Assembly (NCBI GenBank): GCA_965219535.1
Contig: CBDCNV010000001.1
Location: 1,950,001-1,982,000 of the forward strand
Direction of reading: 5' to 3'
Origin: Opitutales bacterium
GTDB taxonomy: Bacteria; Verrucomicrobiota; Verrucomicrobiia; Opitutales; PNEW01
DNA: 32,000 nucleotides
Shown here: positions 17,522 through 27,990 of the stretch, piece by piece
How positions within the stretch are numbered: position 1 is the stretch's first letter
Layout: every line of letters starts with the position of its first letter
Program-made: the position numbers and the translations under genes
Notes under the pieces: model-generated
Databases searched by the model: none
Told to the model about the DNA's origin: nothing
Seen by the model: only the letters and a program-made list of their open reading frames with translations

Positions 17522-18349
17522 TCAAGGCAGCCAGGGATATTTACGAAAGTCTGGCTTTCGTTTATCCAGGTATGCCTGATGACCTTCGTTTCCTTCTTCG
17601 GATAAGTAATAGAGTAAAGTAGCATTCCCTGCAAGCTCCTGCAGTCCAACCTGCCCATCACAATCGGCATTAAAGGCTGCCTTTAGACACCGAATCGCCA
17701 GCGGACTTTTTTCTAATACTTCGCGTGCCCAAAGAACACCTTCATCTTCAAGCTGATCGATAGGTACTACTTTATTCACTAAACCCATTGTAAGCGCCTC
17801 TTCGGCATTATACTGGCGGCACAAATACCAGATTTCACGAGCTTTTTTCTGTCCAACTACACGAGCCAGGTAGCTGGAACCAAATCCACCATCAAAACTA
17901 CCAACTTTTGGTCCAGTCTGCCCGAAAATTGCATTATCAGCTGCAATCGTAAGATCGCATATCAGATGTAATACCTGCCCTCCCCCAATCGCGTAACCAG
18001 CAACAAGGGCAATGACAACTTTAGGCATAGATCGGATGATTCTTTGTAATTCAAGAACATTTAATCGGGGCACGCCATGATCATCGATATAGCCGCCTTT
18101 TCCGCGAATATTTTGGTCACCTCCGGAACAGAAAGCGTATTTTCCATCGGTATGAGGTCCAGCTCCAGTCAGAAGGATAACGCCGATATCACTGTTTTCA
18201 AGAGCGTCATTAAATGCTTCGATCATATTGGAAATAGTTTTCGGGCGAAATGCGTTTCGCTTTTCCGGTCGGTTGATTGTAACACGAGCGATCCCATCCG
18301 ATATTTCGTAGATAATATCTTCGTAATCCTTAACTTTCTTCCACTTCAT
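17522..18349 (-). CDS. menB: 1,4-dihydroxy-2-naphthoyl-CoA synthase
   Basis: The 275-aa crotonase-fold ORF has [26 protein letters not shown] and [12 protein letters not shown]. It ends with the MenB-typical C-terminus [13 protein letters not shown]. Confidence 0.93.
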   Translation of the reverse strand: MKWKKVKDYEDIIYEISDGIARVTINRPEKRNAFRPKTISNMIEAFNDALENSDIGVILLTGAGPHTDGKYAFCSGGDQNIRGKGGYIDDHGVPRLNVLELQRIIRSMPKVVIALVAGYAIGGGQVLHLICDLTIAADNAIFGQTGPKVGSFDGGFGSSYLARVVGQKKAREIWYLCRQYNAEEALTMGLVNKVVPIDQLEDEGVLWAREVLEKSPLAIRCLKAAFNADCDGQVGLQELAGNATLLYYLSEEGNEGHQAYLDKRKPDFRKYPWLP

Positions 18350-18375
18350 ATTCGTCCCCTGGTTTGCCGGTGATC

Positions 18376-20175
18376 TTAACTTTTTAACTGATTGGCTATT
18401 GAAAGACTCAATTCTTTTAAAAACCGTGTATCTTTTTTTCTGTTCGTCTCAATTTCCAGAATGCGAATACCAGAGGATGGCAAAACACTTACCATTTTAC
18501 GGAGTTCCTCAAGGTTCTTTACACTCGTATATTCAAGACTATAAGCAGTCGCTATCTTTTTAAAACTAATATTCTGTGGAGTCGCGAAATAATCTTCGAA
18601 TGGCGGGTTGAATTTTGCTATCGGTAAGTTTTCAAAGATACCTCCGCCATTATTGTTTATAAGAATGATTGTTAAATGTCCTTTAAAACAGGAATGAATT
18701 AGAAATCCATTAGTGTCATGCAAAAGCGCGAGGTCACCAGTAAAAAGGACGGCTTTTTTGTTTGCCTGGGCGATGCCCAGTGCTGTTGAAAGCGTGCCAT
18801 CGATACCATTTGCACCACGGTTGAAATAGGGTCGTATTTGACGATTATTTGCTGACCAGAATATTTCAACATCCCGTATTGGCATACTGTTAGCGATGAA
18901 AAGAGGGGTTTTTTTGGTTAGACTTTTGGATAGCACCCAGGCAGTTTTCCCTTCAAATAAGAAATTACAGTTCCTCATTTCTTTATTGAGTATAGCTGTA
19001 ACCCTTTTCTCCACTTTTAGCCAATCTTGACAATATGCAGTGGGCGCTTTGCGTTTTTTCCCGATAACAGCCCTCAACGTCTCTACAGACATACGCAGGG
19101 GTGTCGCTTCACGGTGTAATCCATCGACATTATCCAAGCCTTCACTGAGAACCCAGGTTTTAGCAGATATCTGTTCGAGCCAAGCATGCAATATCTTGCT
19201 CGCTGGCAGAGGACCAATGCTCAGCACGGCTTTGGGACGAAGCCGAGTGTGTAAATCTGGATTCGACAATATGAAATGATAATGACAAATGAGATAAGGA
19301 TTTAAGTCTGAGAATCCACGCAATGGCGATAGGCCGTCAGTGAGTGTTGGCCAACCTAGTTCAGTTGCTATTTGACCAACAGATGAAGCAAAGCTTTCAG
19401 CATTTTGAGGTTGATTGGGTCCGACAATAATTAAACCTCTATCTGCAGACTTTAATTTTTTCACCAGGTTAATCGCTTCAACCGAAGCACGCGATTCTCT
19501 TACCTCAATTAGTGGCTCTACGTTATCGATTAAAGATAACAAATCCAGCTCTTGCATTAAAGTTTGCTCATTTTGATCATCGCTGGGAGCGAGTGGATCA
19601 CGAAAGGGGACATTTAAATGGACGGGACCTGCAACAGGATATCGACACCTTTCCCAAGCATGGACCAGTGTCTGTCGTAAATACTTCAAACGGGCAGTTT
19701 CAACGGAGGGCATAGAAAGCTCCGTTTCAAGATTAGGATATCTGCCATATAATTTTTGCTGATCTATTGTCTGTCCAGAATGACAGTGACGCAACTCAGG
19801 AGGACGGTCGGCGGTCATGATCAAAAGTGGTATTCGTGATTGGCTTGCTTCTATAACTGCTGGATAAAAATTTGCGGCGGCCGTACCAGAAGTGCAAATG
19901 AGTACAACTGGGCGATGTTTTTCTTGTGCCAGACCGAGTGCAAAAAATGAAGCCGATCGCTCATCAAGTACTGCTGTGCTTAGGATATTGCGGTGACGGG
20001 AGAAAGCGAAAGTCAAAGGCGTAGAACGTGATCCTGGCGTAATAACTGCATCACGTATACCTAATCGAACGAGAACTTCCGCGCACATGGCCCCCCAAAG
20101 CGAATTTTTATTAGAGCAACTCAGTTGATCAAAAATCTCTGTTTCATTTTTTTTCCCGCTATTTTGTTTAGGCAT
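18376..20175 (-). CDS. menD: 2-succinyl-5-enolpyruvyl-6-hydroxy-3-cyclohexene-1-carboxylate (SEPHCHC) synthase
   Basis: The 599-aa ThDP enzyme has [24 protein letters not shown] and the ThDP motif [11 protein letters not shown]...NNNGGGIF. It sits between menF and menB. Confidence 0.9.
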   Translation of the reverse strand: MPKQNSGKKNETEIFDQLSCSNKNSLWGAMCAEVLVRLGIRDAVITPGSRSTPLTFAFSRHRNILSTAVLDERSASFFALGLAQEKHRPVVLICTSGTAAANFYPAVIEASQSRIPLLIMTADRPPELRHCHSGQTIDQQKLYGRYPNLETELSMPSVETARLKYLRQTLVHAWERCRYPVAGPVHLNVPFRDPLAPSDDQNEQTLMQELDLLSLIDNVEPLIEVRESRASVEAINLVKKLKSADRGLIIVGPNQPQNAESFASSVGQIATELGWPTLTDGLSPLRGFSDLNPYLICHYHFILSNPDLHTRLRPKAVLSIGPLPASKILHAWLEQISAKTWVLSEGLDNVDGLHREATPLRMSVETLRAVIGKKRKAPTAYCQDWLKVEKRVTAILNKEMRNCNFLFEGKTAWVLSKSLTKKTPLFIANSMPIRDVEIFWSANNRQIRPYFNRGANGIDGTLSTALGIAQANKKAVLFTGDLALLHDTNGFLIHSCFKGHLTIILINNNGGGIFENLPIAKFNPPFEDYFATPQNISFKKIATAYSLEYTSVKNLEELRKMVSVLPSSGIRILEIETNRKKDTRFLKELSLSIANQLKS

Positions 20176-20191
20176 TTTTGATCGCGGTTTT

Positions 20192-21616
20192 TCAGTGAAT
20201 AGTCTCGAGCAGGGCTCGAAGTTTTAAATCAGTTTCCATTTTCTCCATTTTTGGATCCGAGCCTTGCACGATACCATTACCTGCGTATAACCTGGCACTT
20301 GATCCGTTTATCAGTGCTGAACGTATGGCAACAACCATCTCCCCATCACCACGGCAATTCAGCCAACCGACAACACCGGCGTATAGACCTCGCTCAAAAG
20401 CTTCCAGCTTTTTGATGTCGAGCATAGCCTTTTCTCTTGGCGTGCCCCCAACCGCAGGAGTCGGGTGCAGAACAGCTAAAATGTCTGTAAGATGCTTATC
20501 GCGTGGCATCTCACCGCTAATGTGAGAGCGAAGATGCTGAACATTAGATAATTGCAGGAGAGCGGGGATAGGCTCAATCTGAGCGTCGACGCCTATCTCA
20601 AGGAGTCGCCTGGCGATGGAATCAATCACAAGCTTATGTTCACGCAAATCTTTTTCACAATTGAGTAGAGCCTGTGCCAATACAGCATCTTCACTTGCAG
20701 TCTGACCTCTCGGCGCAGATCCGGCAATGGCCTCGGTCTTCAACTCTTGCCCCTGGATCTTTAAAAGTCGCTCTGGAGACGCGCCGATAAAACTCTGTTT
20801 TTCACCATTTGCGATAGAGAAAACATAACAATCGGAGTAAATTCTCCGCAATTTATTAAGAGATGCCAAGGGGTCGACAGGGTTGCTTCTTTTCATGTCC
20901 AACGCACGTGCGAGGACAATTTTATCATAGTCGCCCGCACCTATTTTATCGAGAGCGATTCGAACCGCTTTTTCATAACAACCTTCTCCACCCACTTCAC
21001 TAATCGTGCTCTCACTGGGACCGTCCGCTTTCAATATTTTTCTACCTGTATCATAATTAAAAGAAGAGAATTTATGATGAGCTTTCCAAATCCGATCAGC
21101 GATGATTTTTAAGTCCGATTCTTCATCGATAAGGATATTAGCAACGGCTCCATATTTTCCCCCACATCGCGAAACCTGCCACCGAGGAACGAAAACCGTT
21201 GCTGGAGCAAAGCAACCCTCCTCTGAAGATTCATTATAAAAAGTAAATGCACAGAAAAAATGCGGGCCGCTAAAAGGAATTTCCAGATCACCAGTGGCAA
21301 TTGAATTTTCGAGAATAGATTGAGTAAACTTCTTTACCGCATTGAATCTACCCGGCCCTTCAAAGGACGCGGACACTATAGCATCGGCGCCCGCGATAGC
21401 TTCCTCATGGACACCATTTTCCATATAAAAGTGTAGTTCATTCTCCTCGTATATTGAATCCAAAACAGCGAGTGGATCGATATGCTTGATCTCGAGTGAA
21501 ATGCTCGCCACTTTATAATGATGATCCCGACAGGCTTGTTCTTTACAGTCCCGAAGAAATCGGATTAAAGCATCTTGGTTGCGTGCAGCTAAAGGCGGTG
21601 GGGATACTACATTCAC
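20192..21616 (-). CDS. menF: Isochorismate synthase (menaquinone-specific by context)
   Basis: The chorismate-binding C-terminal domain has LHPTPAVGGTP, RGLYAGVVGW and VAIRSAL. It uses a GTG start. The MenF call rests on adjacency to menD-menB rather than on sequence alone. Confidence 0.8.
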   Translation of the reverse strand: MNVVSPPPLAARNQDALIRFLRDCKEQACRDHHYKVASISLEIKHIDPLAVLDSIYEENELHFYMENGVHEEAIAGADAIVSASFEGPGRFNAVKKFTQSILENSIATGDLEIPFSGPHFFCAFTFYNESSEEGCFAPATVFVPRWQVSRCGGKYGAVANILIDEESDLKIIADRIWKAHHKFSSFNYDTGRKILKADGPSESTISEVGGEGCYEKAVRIALDKIGAGDYDKIVLARALDMKRSNPVDPLASLNKLRRIYSDCYVFSIANGEKQSFIGASPERLLKIQGQELKTEAIAGSAPRGQTASEDAVLAQALLNCEKDLREHKLVIDSIARRLLEIGVDAQIEPIPALLQLSNVQHLRSHISGEMPRDKHLTDILAVLHPTPAVGGTPREKAMLDIKKLEAFERGLYAGVVGWLNCRGDGEMVVAIRSALINGSSARLYAGNGIVQGSDPKMEKMETDLKLRALLETIH

Positions 21617-21661
21617 AGTAAAAAGCAGCCTTAAATAGATTCTTAGAGTAGATACAATTGA

Positions 21662-23185
21662 TTATTGTGACCGAGGAAAAAGAATCGTTTTCTCCCCCAA
21701 AGCGTTACCTTCGAGACGGGATGACCATGGCAACTCGAGATTCCAGGTGGAGATCTTATTCAGACCTAAAAGTTGATAGATCTTTAATGAAATATCCGGC
21801 GTAACGGGCGCGAGTAAAGCTGCCGAAAGACGTAAACTCTCAGCTATCGTTCCCAGCGTTGACTCCAATCTTTTTCGGTCATCCGGTTCATCTGACTTTG
21901 CCAGCGCCCAGGGTGCTCTGATTTCGATATAGCGATTTATTGCCCGGATAAAAGTGAAGGTTCGGTCCAAGGCGGTATGAAATTGCATGCTGTCATATAG
22001 TTCGAGGACCTCTTTACGCGTTGTATCCCAAAGCGTTAAAAGTTCTTTTTCGGGTTCATCCTGCACGGTAACAGGCGGAACCAAACGATCACTATAGCGG
22101 GCCCCCATATTTAATAGGCGACTGACAAGATTACCGAGATCGTTACCAAGATCGTTGTTATAGCGTTTTACAAATTGATCGAGAGAATAATCACTGTCCT
22201 GCCCTACATTCATTTCACGAGTGAAGAAGTAGCGAAAAGCACTGGCTCCATATTCTTTAACGAGAGAAAGCGGATCAATAGTTTCTCCTCTACTTTTAGA
22301 CATTTTTCTACCTGAAAAATTCCAAAATCCGTGGACTAATAGCGATTGAGGTAAATCAATACCACAAGCATGAAGCATGATGGGCCAATAAATGCCATGC
22401 GCAGGGAGTATTATATCTTTGCCAATGACATGAATATTTACCGGCCAATACTCTGTGAATTGATCTGAACCGTATTTGACGGCAGATATGTAATTAATAA
22501 GGGCGTCGAACCACACATAAGTGACAAAACCAGGATCAAAAGGTAATGGGATTCCCCAGGATAACCTTTCAACTGGGCGGGATATACACAGATCATTAAT
22601 TGGATCTTTAAGAAACTCGAGCACCTGCTTCTGCCTAAAACGAGGAAATATAAAATCGTCGTGAGTCTTAATAAATTCGATTAACCAGTCCTGGTACTGG
22701 CTCAATTTAAAAAAGTAATTGGATTCAACGATTTCCATTACTTCACCGAATTCCTCAGGCCAGGATCCATTTTCCATACGGTCTTTTTCTTGAAGAAACT
22801 GTTCCTGTTTTACGCTATAAAATCCTTTATAGTCATCTTTGTATATTTCCTTTTTGTCATAAAGTTCTTGCAGGATAGTTTGCACAACACACTTGTGCCG
22901 ATCTTCTGTCGTCCGAATATAATCATTATTGGAGATCTGTAGTTCGGCGCATAGATCATTAAATTTACTCGCAATATCGTTACATAAATCGATCGGTTTT
23001 AGACCCAGCTTATTAGCGCTCTGTTGAACCTTCTGCCCATGTTCATCCAGTCCGGTTAAAAAATATACATCGTCACCGATCATACGGCGGTAGCGGGCGA
23101 TAACATCCGTCAACACCAATTCATAGGCATGCCCCAAATGAGGGTCCCCGTTCGCATAAACGATAGCTGTAGTGATATAAAACAT
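21662..23185 (-). CDS. metG: Methionine--tRNA ligase (short form, without the C-terminal tRNA-binding appendage)
   Basis: It has the class I signatures PHLGHAYE (HIGH) and KMSKS, plus NNDLGNDLGNLVSR. It is 507 aa long. Confidence 0.95.
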   Translation of the reverse strand: MFYITTAIVYANGDPHLGHAYELVLTDVIARYRRMIGDDVYFLTGLDEHGQKVQQSANKLGLKPIDLCNDIASKFNDLCAELQISNNDYIRTTEDRHKCVVQTILQELYDKKEIYKDDYKGFYSVKQEQFLQEKDRMENGSWPEEFGEVMEIVESNYFFKLSQYQDWLIEFIKTHDDFIFPRFRQKQVLEFLKDPINDLCISRPVERLSWGIPLPFDPGFVTYVWFDALINYISAVKYGSDQFTEYWPVNIHVIGKDIILPAHGIYWPIMLHACGIDLPQSLLVHGFWNFSGRKMSKSRGETIDPLSLVKEYGASAFRYFFTREMNVGQDSDYSLDQFVKRYNNDLGNDLGNLVSRLLNMGARYSDRLVPPVTVQDEPEKELLTLWDTTRKEVLELYDSMQFHTALDRTFTFIRAINRYIEIRAPWALAKSDEPDDRKRLESTLGTIAESLRLSAALLAPVTPDISLKIYQLLGLNKISTWNLELPWSSRLEGNALGEKTILFPRSQ

Positions 23186-23374
23186 TTTCCTCTACCAATC
23201 TGATTTTAATGAAAGCAGTTACTCTTATTAAATTCACACGGATGGCAACTCTATGCCATAAATTTGATCTTTTCACCAGCCGTAACTGGGTGACCATTGT
23301 ATTAATCTATATTTTTTAATTACAAATCTTAGTCGTTAAAAAGGTATAGATGGAAACCCTTCAACTAGAATTAG

Positions 23375-23403
23375 TTGACATTAGTTTTACTGTCTATATT
23401 AAT
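23375..23403 (+). promoter_or_regulatory. Candidate sigma-70-type promoter for korAB
   Basis: There is a perfect TTGACA at 23375-23380. A/T-rich -10 candidates follow: TATTAA at 23397-23402 (16-nt spacer) and ATTAAT at 23398-23403 (17-nt spacer). Only ~12 nt lie between the -10 and ATG 23415. The promoter rules of this organism are unknown to me. Confidence 0.3.
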
Positions 23404-23414
23404 TAAGTTCTCTA

Positions 23415-25262
23415 ATGTCTAATACTGCTTCAGCGGTTAAAGCTCGGGTCAAAAAAAGATCAAAGCTTCGCGAAGAAACGATTAAGGATGCGATAATCCG
23501 AATCGCGGGCAATTCTCAAGATGGCATACAGAGTGTAGGTGGAGTTCTCGCTCGTTTAGCCGGCCGGAGCGCACAGGAAGTGATGACTTACATGAGTATC
23601 CCTTCGACGATAGCGGGAGGACCTTCAATTTTTCAAGTCCGGATCGGTTCAGGTGAAGTTTTATCGGCAGGTGATGAAGCAGATTTCCTAGTCGCTTTTT
23701 ATCAGCATAGCTATGATGACCATATTGAACAGCTTCGTGACGGTGGAGTATTAATTTATGATACGGATCATGTTAAACCTGACATCAGTGATAAGCGAAT
23801 TGTTTATGTCGGCATACCGATTACCGGTCTATCAATCGAGGCTGTTGGCGGCACGTCGAGAGACAAAGGTAAAAACATATTTGTTCTCGGACTGCTTGCC
23901 AGTATATTTACCCTGAATGTCGAAAAGCTCCATGCGATCTTAGCGGAACGCTTGGGAAGCAAAGGTGAAGACATACTTCGCAATGCGCTGCTTGCATTTG
24001 ACGCTGGGTACGCATATCCCGTCGATAATGTTCTCGATCGCTACTATACATTTTCTTCATCGAATAAAGACAGCGCGACAACACAAGTTACAATGGATGG
24101 TAATCAAGCCATCTCTTACGGCTTGATTACAGCTGGTGTTCGTTACGGTGCTGGTTACCCCATTACACCCTGGACACCGATTATGGAGATATTGCGTTCT
24201 GAACTCTCGAAATATGGAGGCATCTTTGTCCAGGCAGAGGATGAGATCGCGGCTATATCTATTGCTCTAGGCTTTTCTTACAGCGGCCATCTCGCGGTAA
24301 CGGGTAGCGCAGGACCGGGATTGTCGCTGAAAATGGAGGGCCTCGGTTGGGCCGTGATGGCGGAAATGCCCCTCCTCGTATTCAATATTCAGCGCGGTGG
24401 GCCCAGCACGGGACTACCCACCAACTTTGAACAAAGCGATCTGATGCAGGCGATTTATGGGAGTCACGGTGATTCACCTCGCGTCGTAATTGCCCCCTAC
24501 AATGTGGAAGATTGTTTCTATACCGCAATTGAAGCTGCTCGGATTGCACGTGATTACAGTACTCCAGTAATCGTTTTATCCGACCTGGCGCTTGCGACAC
24601 GGATAGAAGCTTTTGACGAACCCGATCTTAAAAAGCTAACTTATGAGCCCAATCTCGACCTCACACCTCGTTCCAGTGACTATATTCCTTATACTCATGA
24701 TCACATAACTCACCACGCACCACCAGGGACGAGAATTGAAGGTGGTAACTACCCGGTAGTCTCCGGTCTGGAACATGATGAAGAGGGGCACCCGACCGCA
24801 AATCCTCAGCAACACATGAAAATGACCGCAAAACGCCGCAATAAAATTCGCCGGCTTGCGGCTACCCTCCCTTTACCCAAAGTTACAGGGGACGATTATG
24901 GAGATACGCTTCTCGTTGGTTGGGGTTCAACTTGGGGCCCCCTTCAAGAAGCAACGCTACATGCTCGCAGTAAAGGAGAAAAGATAGGTCATCTGCATTT
25001 GCGTCACCTGCACCCACTGCCCAATAATTTAGAGACTATCTTTAGTAAGTTTCGTCAGATTTTTGTCGTAGAATCCAATGACATGGGACTTTACGGCTAT
25101 GGGCAATTAGCAAGCCTCCTACGTTCCCGTTATTGTAACCCGGCAATCCGCAGTATTACAAAAACAGACGGACTTACTTTTAAAGTTCGTGAAATTATTC
25201 GGGGGAAAGATGAACTGGGCGGTGAACTCTCTGCTTCTTACTCAGCATTTCCCGATTTGTAA
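23415..25262 (+). CDS. korA: 2-oxoglutarate/2-oxoacid:ferredoxin oxidoreductase, large (fused gamma-alpha type) subunit
   Basis: The 615-aa ORF has the N-terminal IRIAGNSQDGIQS and the alpha-domain motifs GAGYPITPWTPI and GGPSTGLPT. It is followed by the beta subunit. Confidence 0.88.
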   Translation: MSNTASAVKARVKKRSKLREETIKDAIIRIAGNSQDGIQSVGGVLARLAGRSAQEVMTYMSIPSTIAGGPSIFQVRIGSGEVLSAGDEADFLVAFYQHSYDDHIEQLRDGGVLIYDTDHVKPDISDKRIVYVGIPITGLSIEAVGGTSRDKGKNIFVLGLLASIFTLNVEKLHAILAERLGSKGEDILRNALLAFDAGYAYPVDNVLDRYYTFSSSNKDSATTQVTMDGNQAISYGLITAGVRYGAGYPITPWTPIMEILRSELSKYGGIFVQAEDEIAAISIALGFSYSGHLAVTGSAGPGLSLKMEGLGWAVMAEMPLLVFNIQRGGPSTGLPTNFEQSDLMQAIYGSHGDSPRVVIAPYNVEDCFYTAIEAARIARDYSTPVIVLSDLALATRIEAFDEPDLKKLTYEPNLDLTPRSSDYIPYTHDHITHHAPPGTRIEGGNYPVVSGLEHDEEGHPTANPQQHMKMTAKRRNKIRRLAATLPLPKVTGDDYGDTLLVGWGSTWGPLQEATLHARSKGEKIGHLHLRHLHPLPNNLETIFSKFRQIFVVESNDMGLYGYGQLASLLRSRYCNPAIRSITKTDGLTFKVREIIRGKDELGGELSASYSAFPDL

Positions 25263-25296
25263 CTGATTTCTCAATATAATTAAAACGAATAAATAC

Positions 25297-26229
25297 ATGA
25301 TTGATAAGAAATCGAACGGTGGCTCGAGAGTACAACTGACAAAAAAAATATTGTCCTCAGACCAACCCACGTGGTGCCCGGGTTGCGGTGATTTCGCGGT
25401 CCTGGCCGCTTTTTATAAAGTTCTGGAAAAACTGCAGCTCCCGCACGAGAACATTGTTACTTTAGCCGGTATTGGCTGTTCCTCGCGCTTCCCCTACTTT
25501 GTCAATACTCATGGCGGTCACTACATCCATGGTCGTGCTGTTCCTTTTGCCTCGGGAGTCAGTCTAGCTCGTCCCGACCTCCATGTCTTTGTATTCGGGG
25601 GAGATGGCGATGGTTTTTCCATGGGTGGCAACCACCTCGACCATGCAGCGCGAAAGAATATCAATATGACTTATGTCATAATGGATAACTTTGTTTACGG
25701 GCTGACAAAAAAACAAACATCGCCAACCTCGCCTATAGGGTTCAAATCAAAAACCGATCCATCTGGTGTCCATGACGCGCCAATCAATCCAATGAAGAAA
25801 TTGGTAACGAGCGGGGCAACTTTTATCGCCCGTAGCCACGCCTCTCAAGTTAAACACATGATGGAAATGTATGAACGCGCGATCGCTCATAATGGGTTTT
25901 CAGTTATAGAAATCCTATCTGAATGCACCGAATTTTATCCCGGAGCGTTTGATGCGGCTATTCCCCGCAAAGGCGGTGAATTTAAAGTAATCGAGGAAAA
26001 GAAAGATGATTTTACGACTGAAGACGATGAAGGCCACGATGTAAGAGATGAGAAAGCCGCGTATCGGTTGGCCGACCTTGCATGGCCGGGAGTATTTGGC
26101 GTTTTCTATGAATGCACGCGTTCTACAAAAAATGATATGGAAAAGACGCTGATTGAAAAATCCCAGGACATAAAGGGAAACCTGAATACGATTGACCGTC
26201 TTCAGAAGACTTTCGATCGTATGAAATAA
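25297..26229 (+). CDS. korB: 2-oxoglutarate/2-oxoacid:ferredoxin oxidoreductase, beta (ThDP-binding) subunit
   Basis: It has WCPGCGDF, GIGCSSRFPYF and the ThDP motif GGDGDGFSMGGNHL...MDN. Confidence 0.9.
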   Translation: MIDKKSNGGSRVQLTKKILSSDQPTWCPGCGDFAVLAAFYKVLEKLQLPHENIVTLAGIGCSSRFPYFVNTHGGHYIHGRAVPFASGVSLARPDLHVFVFGGDGDGFSMGGNHLDHAARKNINMTYVIMDNFVYGLTKKQTSPTSPIGFKSKTDPSGVHDAPINPMKKLVTSGATFIARSHASQVKHMMEMYERAIAHNGFSVIEILSECTEFYPGAFDAAIPRKGGEFKVIEEKKDDFTTEDDEGHDVRDEKAAYRLADLAWPGVFGVFYECTRSTKNDMEKTLIEKSQDIKGNLNTIDRLQKTFDRMK

Positions 26230-26299
26230 TCAAACGCTAAGCCGAATTGGTTAAATTTTAGTTGATTATCTCTTTTATTTTCGCTTTCTCTTTGCAGTT

Positions 26300-27307
26300 A
26301 TGAAGGGAAAGTTAAAAACGATCATCGTCGGTACCGGAGGGATGGCCCGGCATCATTTAAAAATTATGCTTGATCAAACACGATCAACTCAAATTCAAGC
26401 ATTGGTTGAAATTAGCGAAGAATCGCGAGAGAGAGTCAGAGAGATATATACGGAGCACAAATTGAAATGTCCGATTTTTTATGATTCCATTAAAACACTT
26501 TTGAAGAACGAGCCAACACCTCAGGCTGCCTTTATCATTACCCCTCACAAGTATCATCTAGAAAATGCCTCTGACTGCCTAAATGCCGGCATGGATGTTC
26601 TCCTGGAAAAACCAATGGTGATGAATACAAGTGAAGCAAAAAAACTTATTAAACTTCGCAAAAAAACAGGAAAAGCCCTCGTTGTCGCTTTTCCCGGAAG
26701 TCTTTCCCCCGCGGTACAAAAAGCAAAAACTTTGCTTAGCAATGGTGTTATCGGTCGGATAAATGGTGTCTGCGCCTATGCTCACCAAAATTGGAAATCG
26801 AACACCAAGGGAACATGGCGGCAAGCACCAGATATTTCCGGTGGCGGATTTTTATTCGATACCGGGTCTCATATGATAAATACGATGGTGGACTTAATAG
26901 GTAAACCTATTACTGAAGTAACCGCGTGCTTGAATAATAGCGGTACTAAGGTTGATATAAACGGTGCAGTCATTGGCCGTTTCAACAGTGGCCAGTTTTT
27001 CTCAGTGAGTTCGGTGGGAGACTCCATTAGTTGTTTAGGTGAAATACTTGTTTTTGGTGACAAAGGCGTTCTCGAAACGGGAATGTACGGTAGATACTTG
27101 AATTTGCTAAAGGAGGGTAATACGGAATATGAAGCAGTACCTTTCCCTAAGTCTACTGGTGTTTGGCAACAATTTATTCGGGTCCTCAATGGTAAGATAG
27201 AAAACCCATGTCCTCCTGAAGTTGGGCTTCGATTCTCACAATTAATGGATATGATCTGTCTGAGTGCTGAAAGCGGCAAAACGGTTCAAGCAAAACAAGT
27301 GAGATAA
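26300..27307 (+). CDS. Gfo/Idh/MocA-family NAD(P)-dependent oxidoreductase
   Basis: It has the Rossmann start KTIIVGTGGMARHH and the family EKP motif (DVLLEKPM). The substrate cannot be told from the sequence. Confidence 0.85.
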   Translation: MKGKLKTIIVGTGGMARHHLKIMLDQTRSTQIQALVEISEESRERVREIYTEHKLKCPIFYDSIKTLLKNEPTPQAAFIITPHKYHLENASDCLNAGMDVLLEKPMVMNTSEAKKLIKLRKKTGKALVVAFPGSLSPAVQKAKTLLSNGVIGRINGVCAYAHQNWKSNTKGTWRQAPDISGGGFLFDTGSHMINTMVDLIGKPITEVTACLNNSGTKVDINGAVIGRFNSGQFFSVSSVGDSISCLGEILVFGDKGVLETGMYGRYLNLLKEGNTEYEAVPFPKSTGVWQQFIRVLNGKIENPCPPEVGLRFSQLMDMICLSAESGKTVQAKQVR

Positions 27308-27348
27308 AACCTCGGAACCAGAAGGGCACTGCAGATAATACCAGGTAT

Positions 27349-27990
27349 TTAATGGAATCCTGGTAGGAGTGGTGTAATACAGATTATAACGAGAACTATA
27401 AATATAGTTCCCCCTAAAAATCTGAGTTTATTCATAGAATGAACTGATATTTTTTCAGGTACGCGCTTACCAAATAAGCCTGCGAGTAGGGTAAAATAGG
27501 ACCACCACATGAACGATCCCAGCCCGACACCTAAAGAAAGTAAAAAGGCAAATTCCATGGGGCGAACGCGCAAGTGAAGACTGACTGCAATCAGGAGTGA
27601 AGTGTAACCTACCAATCGCATAGGCATTGCCAGTGCGAGATTAAAAGTCGCTTTTAACACATTATAAAAACCATTCAGTGGTCCGTCATATTGAATTGTA
27701 TTAAACCGCGGTGATTGAAAAACCGTCATGCCCATATAACTCAGGACCGCCGCTGCGCTAATACGGTAGAGCCAATCTAAATTTACGGAAAATTTTGCCA
27801 ACCACCAAACGATAATTGCGGCGAGAAGGGACCATAAAAATTGAGCCAGAGCGATTCCTATACCCGCTGCGGTGCCGCAAACCCAGCCACGATGTATTGT
27901 AATTTGCACGCACCAAACAGCGCCGGATACCATGGTGACAGAAAAAACAAATCCCAGAACAAACCCGATAATAGGGAAAAATAAATTCAT
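27349..27990 (-). CDS. LysE/RhtB-type translocator-like integral membrane protein
   Basis: The 213-aa ORF has about six hydrophobic segments. Its size and Gly-rich N-terminal helix pattern resemble the LysE superfamily. No diagnostic motif was verified. Confidence 0.45.
   Translation of the reverse strand: MNLFFPIIGFVLGFVFSVTMVSGAVWCVQITIHRGWVCGTAAGIGIALAQFLWSLLAAIIVWWLAKFSVNLDWLYRISAAAVLSYMGMTVFQSPRFNTIQYDGPLNGFYNVLKATFNLALAMPMRLVGYTSLLIAVSLHLRVRPMEFAFLLSLGVGLGSFMWWSYFTLLAGLFGKRVPEKISVHSMNKLRFLGGTIFIVLVIICITPLLPGFH

Noticed and set aside
22131-22160. An apparent 12-nt tandem repeat (ACCGAGATCGTT / ACCAAGATCGTT) in metG, encoding DLGNDLGN.
   Set aside because: N-x-DL-x-NDLGNL is a conserved anticodon-domain motif of MetRS. 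The near-repeat is intrinsic to the protein family, not a recent duplication.
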